Source: Acidobacteriota bacterium
GTDB lineage: Bacteria > Acidobacteriota > Thermoanaerobaculia > Multivoradales > JAGPDF01
NCBI GenBank assembly: GCA_014584695.1
Contig: JACTMI010000012.1
Coordinates: 40,097 to 104,096, forward strand
DNA length: 64,000 nt
Direction: 5' to 3'
A program made the position numbers and the translations under genes. The notes under the pieces are model-generated. The model saw only the letters and a program-made list of their open reading frames with translations, did no database searches and was not told the origin of the DNA. Shown here in pieces: positions 17,560 to 28,100 of the stretch (within the stretch, counting starts at the first letter, position 1; each line of letters starts with the position of its first letter).

Positions 17560-19895
17560 TGCGCCAGGTCCGCATCGAGTACGACGATCAGGTCGTCCGG
17601 CAGTTCGCCTTCGCCTCGATCCTGTTCGGGGCGGTCGGGCTGCTGGTCGGCGTGCTGATCGCCACCCAGCTCGCCTGGTGGCAAGCCAACGTCGCGCCCT
17701 ACTTCAGCTTCTCGCGCCTGCGGCCGCTGCACACCAATGCCGTGATCTTCGCCTTCGTCGGCAACATGATGTTCGCCGGCATCTACTACTCGACGCAGCG
17801 CCTGCTCAGGGTGCGCATGGCCTCGGACCTGCTGTCGCGGATCCACTTCTGGGGCTGGCAGGCGATCATCGTGGCGGCGGCGGTGACGCTGCCGCTCGGC
17901 ATCACCACCTCGAAGGAGTACGCCGAGCTCGAGTGGCCGATCGACATCGCGATCGCCGTGGTGTGGGTCGTCTTCGCGATCAACTTCTTCTGGACGCTGG
18001 CCAAACGCAACGAGAAGCACCTCTACGTCGCGCTCTGGTTCTACATCGCCACCATCGTCACGGTGGCGGTCCTCCACATCGTCAATTCCCTGGCGCTGCC
18101 GCTGACGCCTTGGAAGAGCTACTCGATCTTCTCGGGGGTTCAGGACGCGCTGGTGCAGTGGTGGTACGGCCACAACGCGGTCGCCTTTTTCCTGACCACG
18201 CCGATCCTCGGCATCATGTACTACTTCCTGCCCAAGGCGGCGGAGCGCCCGGTCTACTCCTACCGGCTGTCGATCGTCCACTTCTGGTCGCTGGTCTTCA
18301 TGTACATCTGGGCGGGTCCGCACCACCTGCTCTACACCGCGCTGCCGGAGTGGGCGCAATCGCTCGGCATGCTCTTCTCGCTCATGCTCTGGGCGCCCTC
18401 TTGGGGCGGCATGCTGAACGGCCTGCTCACGCTGCGCGGCGCCTGGCAGAAGGTGCGCGAGGAGCCGGTGCTCAAGTTCTTCGTCGCCGGCGTCACCTTC
18501 TACGGCATGGCGACTTTCGAGGGCCCGCTGCTGTCGATCAAGTCGGTGTCGGCGCTGGCGCACTACTCCGACTGGATCATCGGCCATGTCCACACCGGCG
18601 CCCTGGGATGGAATGGCCTGATGGCCTTCGGGCTGTTCTATTGGCTGCTGCCGCGCATCTACCGGACGCCGCTGCACTCGAAGCGGGCGGCCGACGCCCA
18701 CTTCTGGATGGCCTTGCTCGGCATCGTCGCCTACATGCTGTCGATGTGGGTGTCGGGCGTCAACCAGGGCCTGATGTGGAAGGCGACCGGCGCCGACGGC
18801 ACGCTGACCTACCCGAGCTTCGTCGAGACCCTGCTCGCGATCCGGCCGATGTACATCGTGCGCGTGCTCGGCGGCACGCTCTATCTGGCCGGTTTCGTGC
18901 TGATGATCTGGAACCTGTGGAAGACGGTGCGCGCGGGCAGCCCGGCCAACGCCGTGGTCGAGGTGGTGGTCGACGACACTCCGAAGCCCGAGGATCGGGT
19001 GAGCATCGGCACGGTGCTGGCGGGCCGGCCGCTCTGGTTCACGGTGCTCGGCTTCCTGCTCGCGACGCTGTTCGTCTTCGTCTCCGCGGTGCCGGCGGTG
19101 CTGCTCGCGGTCGCGGTGCTGGTGGTCTCCGAGATCGGCTATCTGGTCGCCAAGCGGGCCGCCGCGGCCGGAAAACCCTCCTGGTTCGGCATCATCGAGC
19201 GCCGTCCGCTCGCCTTCACCGTGCTCACCCTGGTCGCCGTGCTCGTCGGCGGCGTCGCCGAGCTGCTGCCGACCATCCTGGTCAAGCAGGCGGTGCCGCA
19301 CAGCGGTGAAGCGCAGCAGCCCTACACCGCGCTCGAGCTGCAGGGGCGCGACCTCTACGTGCGCGAGGGCTGCTACGTCTGCCACTCGCAGATGATCCGG
19401 CCGCTGCTCGCCGAGTACCAGCGCTACGGCGAGGCTTCGCGCGCCGAGGAGTTCATCTACGACCACCCCTTCCAGTGGGGCTCGAAACGGACCGGTCCGG
19501 ATCTCCATCGCCAGGGGGGCCGCTATCCGAGCCTCTGGCACTACGCCCACCTGGTCGACCCGCGCCAGACCAGCCCGGGCTCGAACATGCCGGCCTACCC
19601 GTTCCTGGCCACGCACCGGATCGACGTCGCGTTGGGCGCGCGCAAGCTCGAGCTGATGCGCCGCCTGGGCGTCCCCTACGCCGACGAGGAGATCGCCGCC
19701 GCCGCGACCTCGCAGCGCGAGCAGGCGGCGACCGTGGTCGCCGATCTCGCGGCCAACGGCGTCGAAGTGGCGTGGGACTCGGAGATGGTCGCCATGATCG
19801 CCTACCTGCAGCGGCTGGGCCGCGACCGCGGCGTGGCGCCGACCCGGACGGAGGCGGTCGCGACCGAAGGGGTCGCCGCCGGCGGGGGGCGCTGA
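17559..19895 (+). CDS. ccoN: Fused cbb3-type cytochrome c oxidase subunits I and II (CcoN-CcoO)
   Basis: The N-terminal ~470 aa form a 12-TM haem-copper oxidase (HTNAVIFAF, WWYGHNAVAFFLT, WAGPHH, GHVHTGALGWN). A two-TM linker follows, then a CcoO module with a TM anchor and the haem c site GCYVCHSQMIRP, plus DHPFQWGSKRTGPDLHRQGGRY and NMPAY. Confidence 0.9.
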   Translation: MRQVRIEYDDQVVRQFAFASILFGAVGLLVGVLIATQLAWWQANVAPYFSFSRLRPLHTNAVIFAFVGNMMFAGIYYSTQRLLRVRMASDLLSRIHFWGWQAIIVAAAVTLPLGITTSKEYAELEWPIDIAIAVVWVVFAINFFWTLAKRNEKHLYVALWFYIATIVTVAVLHIVNSLALPLTPWKSYSIFSGVQDALVQWWYGHNAVAFFLTTPILGIMYYFLPKAAERPVYSYRLSIVHFWSLVFMYIWAGPHHLLYTALPEWAQSLGMLFSLMLWAPSWGGMLNGLLTLRGAWQKVREEPVLKFFVAGVTFYGMATFEGPLLSIKSVSALAHYSDWIIGHVHTGALGWNGLMAFGLFYWLLPRIYRTPLHSKRAADAHFWMALLGIVAYMLSMWVSGVNQGLMWKATGADGTLTYPSFVETLLAIRPMYIVRVLGGTLYLAGFVLMIWNLWKTVRAGSPANAVVEVVVDDTPKPEDRVSIGTVLAGRPLWFTVLGFLLATLFVFVSAVPAVLLAVAVLVVSEIGYLVAKRAAAAGKPSWFGIIERRPLAFTVLTLVAVLVGGVAELLPTILVKQAVPHSGEAQQPYTALELQGRDLYVREGCYVCHSQMIRPLLAEYQRYGEASRAEEFIYDHPFQWGSKRTGPDLHRQGGRYPSLWHYAHLVDPRQTSPGSNMPAYPFLATHRIDVALGARKLELMRRLGVPYADEEIAAAATSQREQAATVVADLAANGVEVAWDSEMVAMIAYLQRLGRDRGVAPTRTEAVATEGVAAGGGR

Positions 19896-20086
19896 TGTAC
19901 CGCCAGTTCTTCTCCGGCCTCGAGTCCGCCGCGCTGCCGCTCGCCGCGATGGCGTTCTTCGTCCTGGCCTTCGTGCTGGTGCTGGCGCGGACCTTCTTCT
20001 GGAAGCGCAAGAGCGACTACGACCCGATCGCCTCCCTGCCGCTCGACGAGGGCGAGGGGCGGTCCCGAAACGAGGTGCAACCGTGA
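19895..20086 (+). CDS. ccoQ: Small single-TM protein, CcoQ/FixQ-like
   Basis: 63 aa, MYRQFFSGLESAALPLAAMAFFVLAFVLVLARTFFWKRKSDYD... Its ATG overlaps the ccoNO stop (19893-19897) and its stop overlaps the ccoP GTG. The call rests on position and size. Confidence 0.6.
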   Translation: MYRQFFSGLESAALPLAAMAFFVLAFVLVLARTFFWKRKSDYDPIASLPLDEGEGRSRNEVQP

Positions 20087-20640
20087 GCGCGACGAGCCCC
20101 GACGAGCGCAAGGTCGTCCACGTCTACGACGACATCGAGGAGGAGGACAACCACCTGCCGAACTGGTGGCTGGCGATCCTGATCGGATCGATCGTGTTCA
20201 GCTTCGCCTACTGGTTCGTCTACCACACCACCGGGCTCCGGCCGACGCCGCTCGCCGCCTACCGGGCCGACGTCGCGGCGCTGGTCGAGGCCCGGATCCG
20301 CGCCAACCCGACCTCGCCCGAGGCGATCCTGGCGCTCACCCGCAGCCCCGAGGCGCTGGCCGAGGGGGAGGTCGTCTGGCGCACCACCTGCGCCGCCTGT
20401 CACGGCCAGCAGGGCGAGGGGGTGATCGGCCCCAACCTGACCGATCGCTACTGGATCCACGGCCACGGCCCGGAGGACATTCTCAAGGCGATCACCGAGG
20501 GCTTCCCGACCAAGGGGATGCCGGGGTGGGGGCCGATCATCGGCCCCGAGCGCTCGGTCAAGGCCGCGGCCTACGTGGTGGCGCACGTGGTGGGCAAGGA
20601 TCTGCCGGGCCGGGCGCCGCAGGGCGAGCCGGTCGACTGA
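20083..20640 (+). CDS. ccoP: cbb3 oxidase subunit III (CcoP/FixP), monohaem form
   Basis: The N-terminal FixP_N-like motif is HVYDDIEEEDNHLPNWWLAILIGSIVFSFAYW. There is only one haem c site, CAACHGQQGEG, plus MPGWG, whereas classical CcoP has two CxxCH. Confidence 0.85.
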   Translation: MSATSPDERKVVHVYDDIEEEDNHLPNWWLAILIGSIVFSFAYWFVYHTTGLRPTPLAAYRADVAALVEARIRANPTSPEAILALTRSPEALAEGEVVWRTTCAACHGQQGEGVIGPNLTDRYWIHGHGPEDILKAITEGFPTKGMPGWGPIIGPERSVKAAAYVVAHVVGKDLPGRAPQGEPVD

Positions 20641-20645
20641 GGGCG

Positions 20646-22052
20646 ATGAGCGAACCGGCGCCGATCCTCGGTTCGATGCGGCCGGACGGCTCGCGGCTGT
20701 TCGTCCACCCGGCGGACGTGCGGGGCCGCTACCTCCGTCTCCGCCGCGCCGCGTTCGTCCTGCTGATCGCCTTCTACGTGCTCGCCCCCCTGGTGCCGGT
20801 GGGCGGCCACCCCGCCATCCAGCTCGACGTCGCCCGCCGCCGTTTCTACCTGTTCGGCCAGACCTTCAACGCCCAGGACGTCTGGCTGGTGGTGCTGATC
20901 GCGCTCACCTTCGTCTTCGGCCTGCTGTTGGTGACGGCCTGGCGCGGGCGGATCTGGTGCGGCTGGGCCTGCCCGCAGACGGTCTTCCTCGAGGGGGTCT
21001 ACCGCCCGATCGAGCGGCTGCTCGAGGGGCCGCGCGAGCGCCGTCTGCGCGACGCGGCGTCGCCCTGGACGGCTGCGCGGCTCGCCCGCCGGGCGCTCAA
21101 GCTCGGGCTCTTCCTCGCCCTCTCGCTCGCCATCGCGCACACCGCGGCAGCGCTGTTCGTCGGACCGCGCGAGCTCGCCGCGATGATCGAGCACGGCCCG
21201 GCGCGGCACCAGGTCGCCTTCGGCCTGACCATGGGCTTCACCGCCCTGCTGATGCTCAACTTCACCTGGTTCCGGGAGCAGTTCTGCGTCGTCCTCTGTC
21301 CGTACGGGCGGCTGCAGTCGGTGCTCCACGACCGCGACTCGGTCACCGTCGCCTACGACGAGCGGCGCGGCGAGCCGCGCGGCAAGGCGGTCAAGAGGGG
21401 CGCGACGGCGGCGGCCCCGCTGGGCGACTGCGTCGACTGCCACCGCTGCGTGGTGGTCTGCCCGACCGCGATCGACATCCGGCGGGGCCTGCAGATGGAG
21501 TGCCTCGCCTGCCTGCAATGCGTCGACGCCTGCGACGAGGTGATGACCAAGCTGGGGCGCGCCCGCGGGCTGATCGGCCTCTATTCGGAGCAGCGGGTCC
21601 GGGGCCTGCCGGAGCGGCGGCTGCGGCCGCGGCTGGCCGTCTACGCCGCGCTGCTGCTCGTCTCCGGCGGCACCTTGGCGGCGAGCCTCGCCGGCCGCGC
21701 GCCGATCGAGGCCAACGTCCTGCGCCCGCGCGGCGCCCTGCCGTTCCAGGTCGACGGCGACGTGGTGCGCAACGCTTTCGAGATCCACTTGGTCAACAAG
21801 CGGCCGCATCCGGCCCACTACCGGATCCGGCTCGTCCCGCCGGTGCCGGCGCAGATCGTGGTGGGGACCCCGGAGGTCGAGCTCGCTTCGCTGGCCGACG
21901 CGCGGGTGCCGATCTCGGTCTCGATCGTCCGGAGCGAGCTCGAGGCGCCGGTCGAGCTCACGGTCGAGATCGAGGATCTGACCGACGGCTCGCTGCTCGC
22001 GCGGCGCGTCCGCTTCCTGGCGCCGCCGCGCCCGCCGCCGCCCGGCGGCTGA
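20646..22052 (+). CDS. ccoG: Cytochrome c oxidase accessory protein CcoG/FixG (4Fe-4S ferredoxin-type)
   Basis: Motifs RIWCGWACPQTVFLE, FCVVLCPYGRLQS, CVDCHRCVVVCPTAIDIR and CLACLQCVDAC, with a C-terminal Ig-like region. The ATG is at 20646. Confidence 0.9.
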   Translation: MSEPAPILGSMRPDGSRLFVHPADVRGRYLRLRRAAFVLLIAFYVLAPLVPVGGHPAIQLDVARRRFYLFGQTFNAQDVWLVVLIALTFVFGLLLVTAWRGRIWCGWACPQTVFLEGVYRPIERLLEGPRERRLRDAASPWTAARLARRALKLGLFLALSLAIAHTAAALFVGPRELAAMIEHGPARHQVAFGLTMGFTALLMLNFTWFREQFCVVLCPYGRLQSVLHDRDSVTVAYDERRGEPRGKAVKRGATAAAPLGDCVDCHRCVVVCPTAIDIRRGLQMECLACLQCVDACDEVMTKLGRARGLIGLYSEQRVRGLPERRLRPRLAVYAALLLVSGGTLAASLAGRAPIEANVLRPRGALPFQVDGDVVRNAFEIHLVNKRPHPAHYRIRLVPPVPAQIVVGTPEVELASLADARVPISVSIVRSELEAPVELTVEIEDLTDGSLLARRVRFLAPPRPPPPGG

Positions 22053-22158
22053 GCGACGCCGGGCCGGCGCGGCTTGCACCCCCGGCCCGCGCGTCGTACC
22101 ATGCCGCGCGGTTCGTTCCGCACTCACCAACCGAAGGATTCGCGGGGGAGGATTCGCG

Positions 22159-24141
22159 ATGGCCGAAGCGCAGGAGAAGAGCTTCAAGCCGTTCGTTCCG
22201 GACGAGGCGAACGTCCCCGAGTTCACGATCAAGGCGATCGTGCTCGGCGCCATCTTCGGCATCCTCTTCGGTGCCGCGACCGTCTATCTCGCCCTGCGGG
22301 CGGGCCTCACGGTATCGGCGTCGATCCCGATCGCGGTGCTCGCCATCGCGGTCTTCAAGCGCTTCGGCAAGGCGACCATCCTCGAGAACAACATCGTCCA
22401 GACCATCGGCTCGGCCGGCGAATCGGTCGCGGCCGGCGTGGTGTTCACCCTGCCGGCCTTCCTCTTCCTCGCCGGCGGCGAGCAGTTCTTCAACTACTTC
22501 AACATCTTCACCCTGGCATTGGTGGGCGGCATCCTCGGCGTGCTGTTCATGATCCCGCTGCGCCGCTCGCTGATCGTCAAGGAGCACGGCAAGCTGCTCT
22601 ACCCGGAGGGCACCGCTTGCGGCGAGGTGCTGATCGCGGGCGAGAAGGGGGGCGAGATGGCCGGCCGCCTCTTCCGCGGCCTCGGGCTGGCGATCGGCTA
22701 CAAGGTGCTGATGAGCGTCCTGGGGCTGTGGAAGAGCGACCCGTCGTTCACCACCAGCAAGACCGCGCCGCTGCCCAACGCGCAGTTCAACGCCGAGATC
22801 ACGCCCGAGTACATGGGCGTCGGCTACATCATCGGGCCCAAGATCGCCGGCCAGCTGGTGGGCGGCGGCGTCCTCGCCCAGCTGGTGCTGGTGCCGCTCA
22901 TCTACTTCTTCGGCAGCGGGCTCGCCGCGGCGCTGGCGCCCGCGGCGGAGGGGTTGCACATCGCCGACATGAGCGCCGGCCAGATCCGTCTCAACTACGT
23001 CCGCTACATCGGCGCCGGCGCGGTCGCCGCGGCCGGGTTCATCACCCTGCTGCGCACCCTGCCGACCATCGTGTCGGCGTTCCGCGAGGGCTTCGCCGGC
23101 CTGCGCGGCGGCGCGGCGAAGGTGGTGCAGCGGCGCACCGAGCGCGACATCCCGATGCCCTTCGTGCTGTTCGGCTCGCTGGCGCTGATCCTGATCGTGG
23201 CGCTGCTGCCGCAGATTCCGGGCACCTTCCCCGGTTCCCTGCTGATGGGGCTGCTGGTCATCGTCTTCGGCTTCTTCTTCGTCACCGTCTCCTCGCGCAT
23301 CGTGGGCATCATCGGCTCGTCGTCGAACCCGATCTCGGGCATGACCATCGCGACGCTGATGGCCACCTGCGTCATCTTCATCGGTCTCGGCTGGACCGGC
23401 GAGTCCTACCAGGCGATGGCGCTGTGCGTCGGCGGCATCGTCTGCATCGCGGCCGCCAACGCCGGCGCCACCAGCCAGGACCTGAAGACCGGCTACATCG
23501 TCGGCGGCACGCCGATCTGGCAGCAGATCGGTCTGATCATCGGCGTCCTGGCCTCGGTGGCGGTGATCGGCTTCACGATGAACCTGCTCGACCAGTCGCT
23601 GCGCTTCGAAGGCATCGCGCACGCCATCGGCACCGACAAGTTCCCGGCGCCGCAAGGGACGCTGATGGCCACCATCATCAAGGGCCTGCTGGCGCAGGAC
23701 CTGCCTTGGGCCCTGGTCTTCGCCGGCGCCGCGATCGCCATCGTGATGGAGCTGTGCGGCGTCCACTCGCTGTCGTTCGCGGTCGGCGCCTACCTGCCGC
23801 TGTCGACCACCGCCCCGATCTGGGTCGGCGGCCTGATCCGCGCGCTGGTCGACCGGCGCCGCGGCGACGGCGAGGAGACCGAAGTCAGCTCCGGCATGCT
23901 CTATTCGACCGGCCTCGTCGCCGGCGGCTCGCTCGCGGGCGTGCTGATCGCCGGTCTCTCGGTCTACGGCGTGACCGGGCCGGACGGGCGGGAGATGTCG
24001 CTCATCCAGCGCGTGCTCGACCTGGTCGGCGTCCACGGCTGGGAGCGGCTGGGCGCGGGGGCGGACCTGATCGCGGTCGCCGCTTTCGTCGTGCTCGGCG
24101 TGATGCTGATCCGCGCGGCCGGCAAGAAGCTCGCCGCCTGA
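22159..24141 (+). CDS. OPT-family oligopeptide transporter
   Basis: 660 aa and polytopic. The N-terminus FVPDEANVPEFTIKAIVLGAIFGILFGAATVYLALRAGLTVSASIPIAV is characteristic of bacterial OPT transporters. Other motifs are GYIVGGTP and FPAPQG. Confidence 0.9.
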   Translation: MAEAQEKSFKPFVPDEANVPEFTIKAIVLGAIFGILFGAATVYLALRAGLTVSASIPIAVLAIAVFKRFGKATILENNIVQTIGSAGESVAAGVVFTLPAFLFLAGGEQFFNYFNIFTLALVGGILGVLFMIPLRRSLIVKEHGKLLYPEGTACGEVLIAGEKGGEMAGRLFRGLGLAIGYKVLMSVLGLWKSDPSFTTSKTAPLPNAQFNAEITPEYMGVGYIIGPKIAGQLVGGGVLAQLVLVPLIYFFGSGLAAALAPAAEGLHIADMSAGQIRLNYVRYIGAGAVAAAGFITLLRTLPTIVSAFREGFAGLRGGAAKVVQRRTERDIPMPFVLFGSLALILIVALLPQIPGTFPGSLLMGLLVIVFGFFFVTVSSRIVGIIGSSSNPISGMTIATLMATCVIFIGLGWTGESYQAMALCVGGIVCIAAANAGATSQDLKTGYIVGGTPIWQQIGLIIGVLASVAVIGFTMNLLDQSLRFEGIAHAIGTDKFPAPQGTLMATIIKGLLAQDLPWALVFAGAAIAIVMELCGVHSLSFAVGAYLPLSTTAPIWVGGLIRALVDRRRGDGEETEVSSGMLYSTGLVAGGSLAGVLIAGLSVYGVTGPDGREMSLIQRVLDLVGVHGWERLGAGADLIAVAAFVVLGVMLIRAAGKKLAA

Positions 24142-24163
24142 GGCGGGCGGAGCGCGAGCGGGT

Positions 24164-24191
24164 GGGCTCCGGGGGTCGCCGTCCGGAGCCC
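24164..24191 (+). terminator. Hairpin downstream of the OPT transporter gene
   Basis: GGGCTCCGG (24164-24172) pairs with CCGGAGCCC (24183-24191) across a 10-nt loop, 23 nt after the stop. There is no U tract. Confidence 0.35.
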
Positions 24192-24268
24192 GCCGGTTCC
24201 CGCTCGAGCGGCCGCGCCGGCGGCTCGCCGCGCTCGCGGTTCGGGCGCGAGCATAGGATCCTCCTCCG

Positions 24269-24871
24269 ATGTCCCGCGCGCTCGCCTTGCTCGTCACCGG
24301 CGCCTCCGGCATGCTCCTGCCGCGCCACTTCCTGGGAGTCGCCGCGCGCCACGCCGCGGTCGAGAAGATCCACCTGGTGGTCTCCAAGGGGGCGAGCCAG
24401 GTGCTCTTCCACGAGCTCGGCCGCGACCAGACGGGCGCCGAGGCCCTGGTCGAGGCGGCCGGTCTCGACGCCGCGGCGCGCGCGCGGGTGGTGATCCACC
24501 GCGACAACGAGCTCGACGCGCCGATCTCCTCGGGTTCCTACCGGCTGGCCGGGACGCTCGTCCTGCCCTGCTCCTCCGGCACCTTCGGAGCCTTCGCGGC
24601 GGGCACGGCCGCCACGCTCGTCCAGCGCGCCGGCGCGGTGGCGCTCAAGGAGCGCTGGCCGCTGGTGCTGGGGGTGCGGGAGACGCCGCTGTCGGTGGTC
24701 CACCTCGAGAACCTGGCGGCGCTCGCCTGGGCGGGGGCGATCGTGGTGCCGCCGATTCCGGCGTTCTACATCGGCGGTGAGCAGATGGCCCGCTTCCTCG
24801 ACGCCTACAGCCAGCGCCTGCTCGACCACCTCGGCCTCGGCCCCGATGGGCCCGGCCTGCGCTGGGGCTGA
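24269..24871 (+). CDS. ubiX: UbiX-family flavin prenyltransferase
   Basis: Motifs LLVTGASG, LVLPCSSGTFGAFAAGTAATLVQRAGAVALKERWPLVLGVRETPLS and PPIPAFY. Confidence 0.9.
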   Translation: MSRALALLVTGASGMLLPRHFLGVAARHAAVEKIHLVVSKGASQVLFHELGRDQTGAEALVEAAGLDAAARARVVIHRDNELDAPISSGSYRLAGTLVLPCSSGTFGAFAAGTAATLVQRAGAVALKERWPLVLGVRETPLSVVHLENLAALAWAGAIVVPPIPAFYIGGEQMARFLDAYSQRLLDHLGLGPDGPGLRWG

Positions 24872-25137
24872 GCGGCGCCGCCCCGAGACTCTCCCACCCC
24901 CCGGCTCCCGCCTTCGGCCACCCCCGCGGACCGCCCCCCCACCCGGGGAGGAGCGCCGCTCCCCGCCGCGAGAAGGGTCGCGGGCACCCTCCGAGCACGA
25001 CGTGCCGCGCAGTCCGCCGGCGCGGCGTGCCGGGCGACCGCGAGAGCGAAGCTTCCCTCCGACGACGAGGCCCGACCGTCGGATCCCAGGAGGTGGAGAG
25101 CCGAGCCGGGCCGCGGAGCCGAACGAAGGAGGTCGCC

Positions 25138-28100
25138 ATGTCCCTCACGTCCCCAGCGTCACAGCTCTCCCGGATCCGGCCGGCCCTCGCCGCGCTGCCG
25201 ATCCTCCTGCTGACCTTCGCCGTCCTCGCGACGGCCGCTCCCGTCTCGGCGGGCGAGCCGCGTGTCGTGCGCGTTCGCTCCGTCGGCGCCGAGAGCTTCG
25301 CGCCGACGACCGATGACAACGATTTCACCCGCCTGCTGCAGGCCTTCGAGGAGGTCGCGACTCTCCAGCGGTTGGCCGGGGAGTCGGTGACGCTCGAGAT
25401 CGAGGGCGTCTTCGACTGGAGCGAAGCCAACGCCTTCGAATCGTGGTGCGCCGGCAGCGATGGCGAGGAGGGCGGCGCGGACGACTGGGCGCTGACTCCG
25501 CCCATCATGGACGGCTTGCGCGTCGTCGGCGTCGGCGCGGTCGACGGCTACGGCGCCAAGATCGTCGGTCCGGGCGACCTCGAGGTCGCGGACCAGGGGA
25601 CGGTGCTGCGCTTGAGCGGCGGCCAGTTCCACGGCTGGACGATCGAGAACATCTACGTCACCGGCTTCGAGGTGGGCGTGCGCTGCGAGCCGGACGTCAA
25701 CGACCCACACCCCTGCACCGGGCTCATCCTGCGCGGCAACCGCATCGATCTGCCGGCGGACCGCGCCGACACGGTCCTCGACCCGAGCGGCAACGTTGGC
25801 GCCCTGCTCGGTTCCGGAGTGAACCAACTGATCGAGAACAACCTGTTCGTCCTCGACGGCACCGGGGCGATGGACTCGGCCAACGGCGGTCGCGCCTGGG
25901 TCGATGGTTTGCGTTTCGAGGGGGGCGACCCCGCGGCCTTCGAGGGCTTGGTCGTGCGCGACAACGTCTTCCACATCCTCGGCGTGCCGCACGAAGATCC
26001 CCAGGAGGTCGTGGCGATCCGCGACGTGGCGGGCGCCAATGCCTCGACGATCCTGATCGAAGGCAACGTCGTCATCGGGGAGGCCGGTGAGCACACTCCG
26101 GCAGACAGCATCTGGATCGGGGTCGAAGTCGGCAGCCATCCCTCCGAGGAGACCGCGGTGAGCTACCGCGGCAACCACTTCGTCGGCCTGCGCTACGGCA
26201 TGCTCTGGAGCGGCGGGGAGGACACGCTGCCGGCCCCCGGCGAGCCGGCGGCGACACTGGTCGAAGGCAACCGCTTCGAAGGCAACGACATCGGTCTCCA
26301 CGCGCGGTCGAGCTCGAGCTACCACTTCGAGCGTCTGACGCTGCGCTACAACGCCTTCGTCGGCAACGGCCTGGCCGTGTTGGGCGAACAGACCCACGTC
26401 GAGCTCCACGCCAACTGGTGGGGCTGCAACGACGGCCCCGGCGCTCCGGGCTGCGATGACCTGCAGGTCGAGAGCGGCGAACGGCCCGAGTTCGATTGGA
26501 GTTGGCTGACGCTCACCGCAAGCCTCACACCGGGGCTCCTCGAAGTGGGCCAGGGCGCCAGCCTCACCGCCTCGTTGCGGGTCGATTCGAACGGCGTCGA
26601 CCACGGCGCCATCCCCGTCGCCCAGGGCGAGCCGGTCGCCTTCACCTCGATGCGGAATTCGCTGACTCCCGCGATCGGCACCCTGGACCTGGGGCTCGCC
26701 GTGGCGAGCTTCGCGGCCATTGAAGCCGGGGTCGACCGCATCCGTGTCGAGCTCGACGGCGCGGCGATCGAGCTGATGGTGCCGGTGACGACGCTGGAGG
26801 GCGTTCTGCCGGTGGTCGCGGTCGCGGCTGAACCGGCGACGCCGACCGCCACCGACAACGATTTCACGCGCATTCAGGAGGCGCTCGCCGCGGCCATCGA
26901 CGGCCTGGTGATCGAGCTCGCCGGGACCTTCGACTGGACCGAGCCTCACGCGGCGGCCGCGCGCGCCGCCGGGCGCGACGGTCTCGCCGGCAGCGACGAC
27001 GACTTCGCGGCGGAGCCGGCGATGGCTTCCAACGTGACGCTGCGCGGCGCCACCGCGGGCGCCACGGTCCTCGGCGGTGGTGACCTCGAGGCGAGCTCGT
27101 GGGACGGCTTCCTCCGCCTGCCGGCGGCGGCGACGAGCTGGACCGTCGAGGGGCTCGAGCTGCTCGACTTCGAGATCGGCATCCTGCTCGCCGAGTGCGA
27201 TGCCGACGGCTGCGGCTCCGGGCACGTCGTGCGCGACAATCGGATCCGCGTCGCCGCCGAGCACGAGGGCGGCGACTCGCCGAACGTCGCGATCTACGCC
27301 GGCTCCGACGATCGCCTCCAGGTGCTCGACAACGAGATCGAGCTGGTGGTGAGCGAGCATGCGGTGGCGGACTATGGCGCCGCCCTGATCGGCATCTGGA
27401 CCTTCCAGGGCGACGAGGGCGAGGTGGTCGGTCCGGTGATCCGCGGCAACGCGATCCGCGTCACCGGCACGCCCGCCGAAGAGGATCCGGCGCCGGTCTA
27501 CGGCCTGCTCGAGGAGGCTTACCGGGTCGGCCTCGCAGCGGTGATCGAGAACAACACCCTGAGCGACGAGACGACGGGAGCGCTGCCCTCGGCCGGGCTC
27601 TGGATCACCTCGCAGTCGGCACCGGAAGAAACCTACCGGATCGCGGGCAACGAGATCTCCGGCTTCGCGGTCGGCGCCGGCAACTGGGAGGGCTGGCAGG
27701 AGGTGGTGGAGCCGCAGCCGATCGAGCTCGTCTCGAACCACCTGCGCGGCAACGGCCGGGCCTTCCACTTCACCTCTTCGAGCCAGCCGGTCGCCTACCG
27801 GCTCCGGTTCAACCGCATCGCCGGCAACGCCGTCGGGCTGGAAGCCGAGGGTGAAGTCACCGTCGACGCGGCGCGCAACTGGTGGGGCTGCAACGGCGGC
27901 CCGGGGGCGGTGGCGGAGGGTTGCGTCGCGAGCGGGGACAGTGCCTCCGGAGCCGACATCATCGCCCCGTGGCTTACCCTCGAGATCGCGCCCGCCTCCT
28001 TCGAGCTCGCCGCGGAAGCGACCGTGCCCTTCGCCGCGACGGTGGTGCGGGATTCCGAAGGGGGCGACACGTCGGCCCTGGGCAGCCTGGCGGACGACAC

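Noticed and set aside
22135-22158. Direct repeat AGGATTCGCG x2 immediately upstream of the OPT transporter ATG.
   Set aside because: It is only 10 nt long. The second copy probably just supplies the GGAGGA ribosome-binding site. There is no further structure to support a regulatory element.
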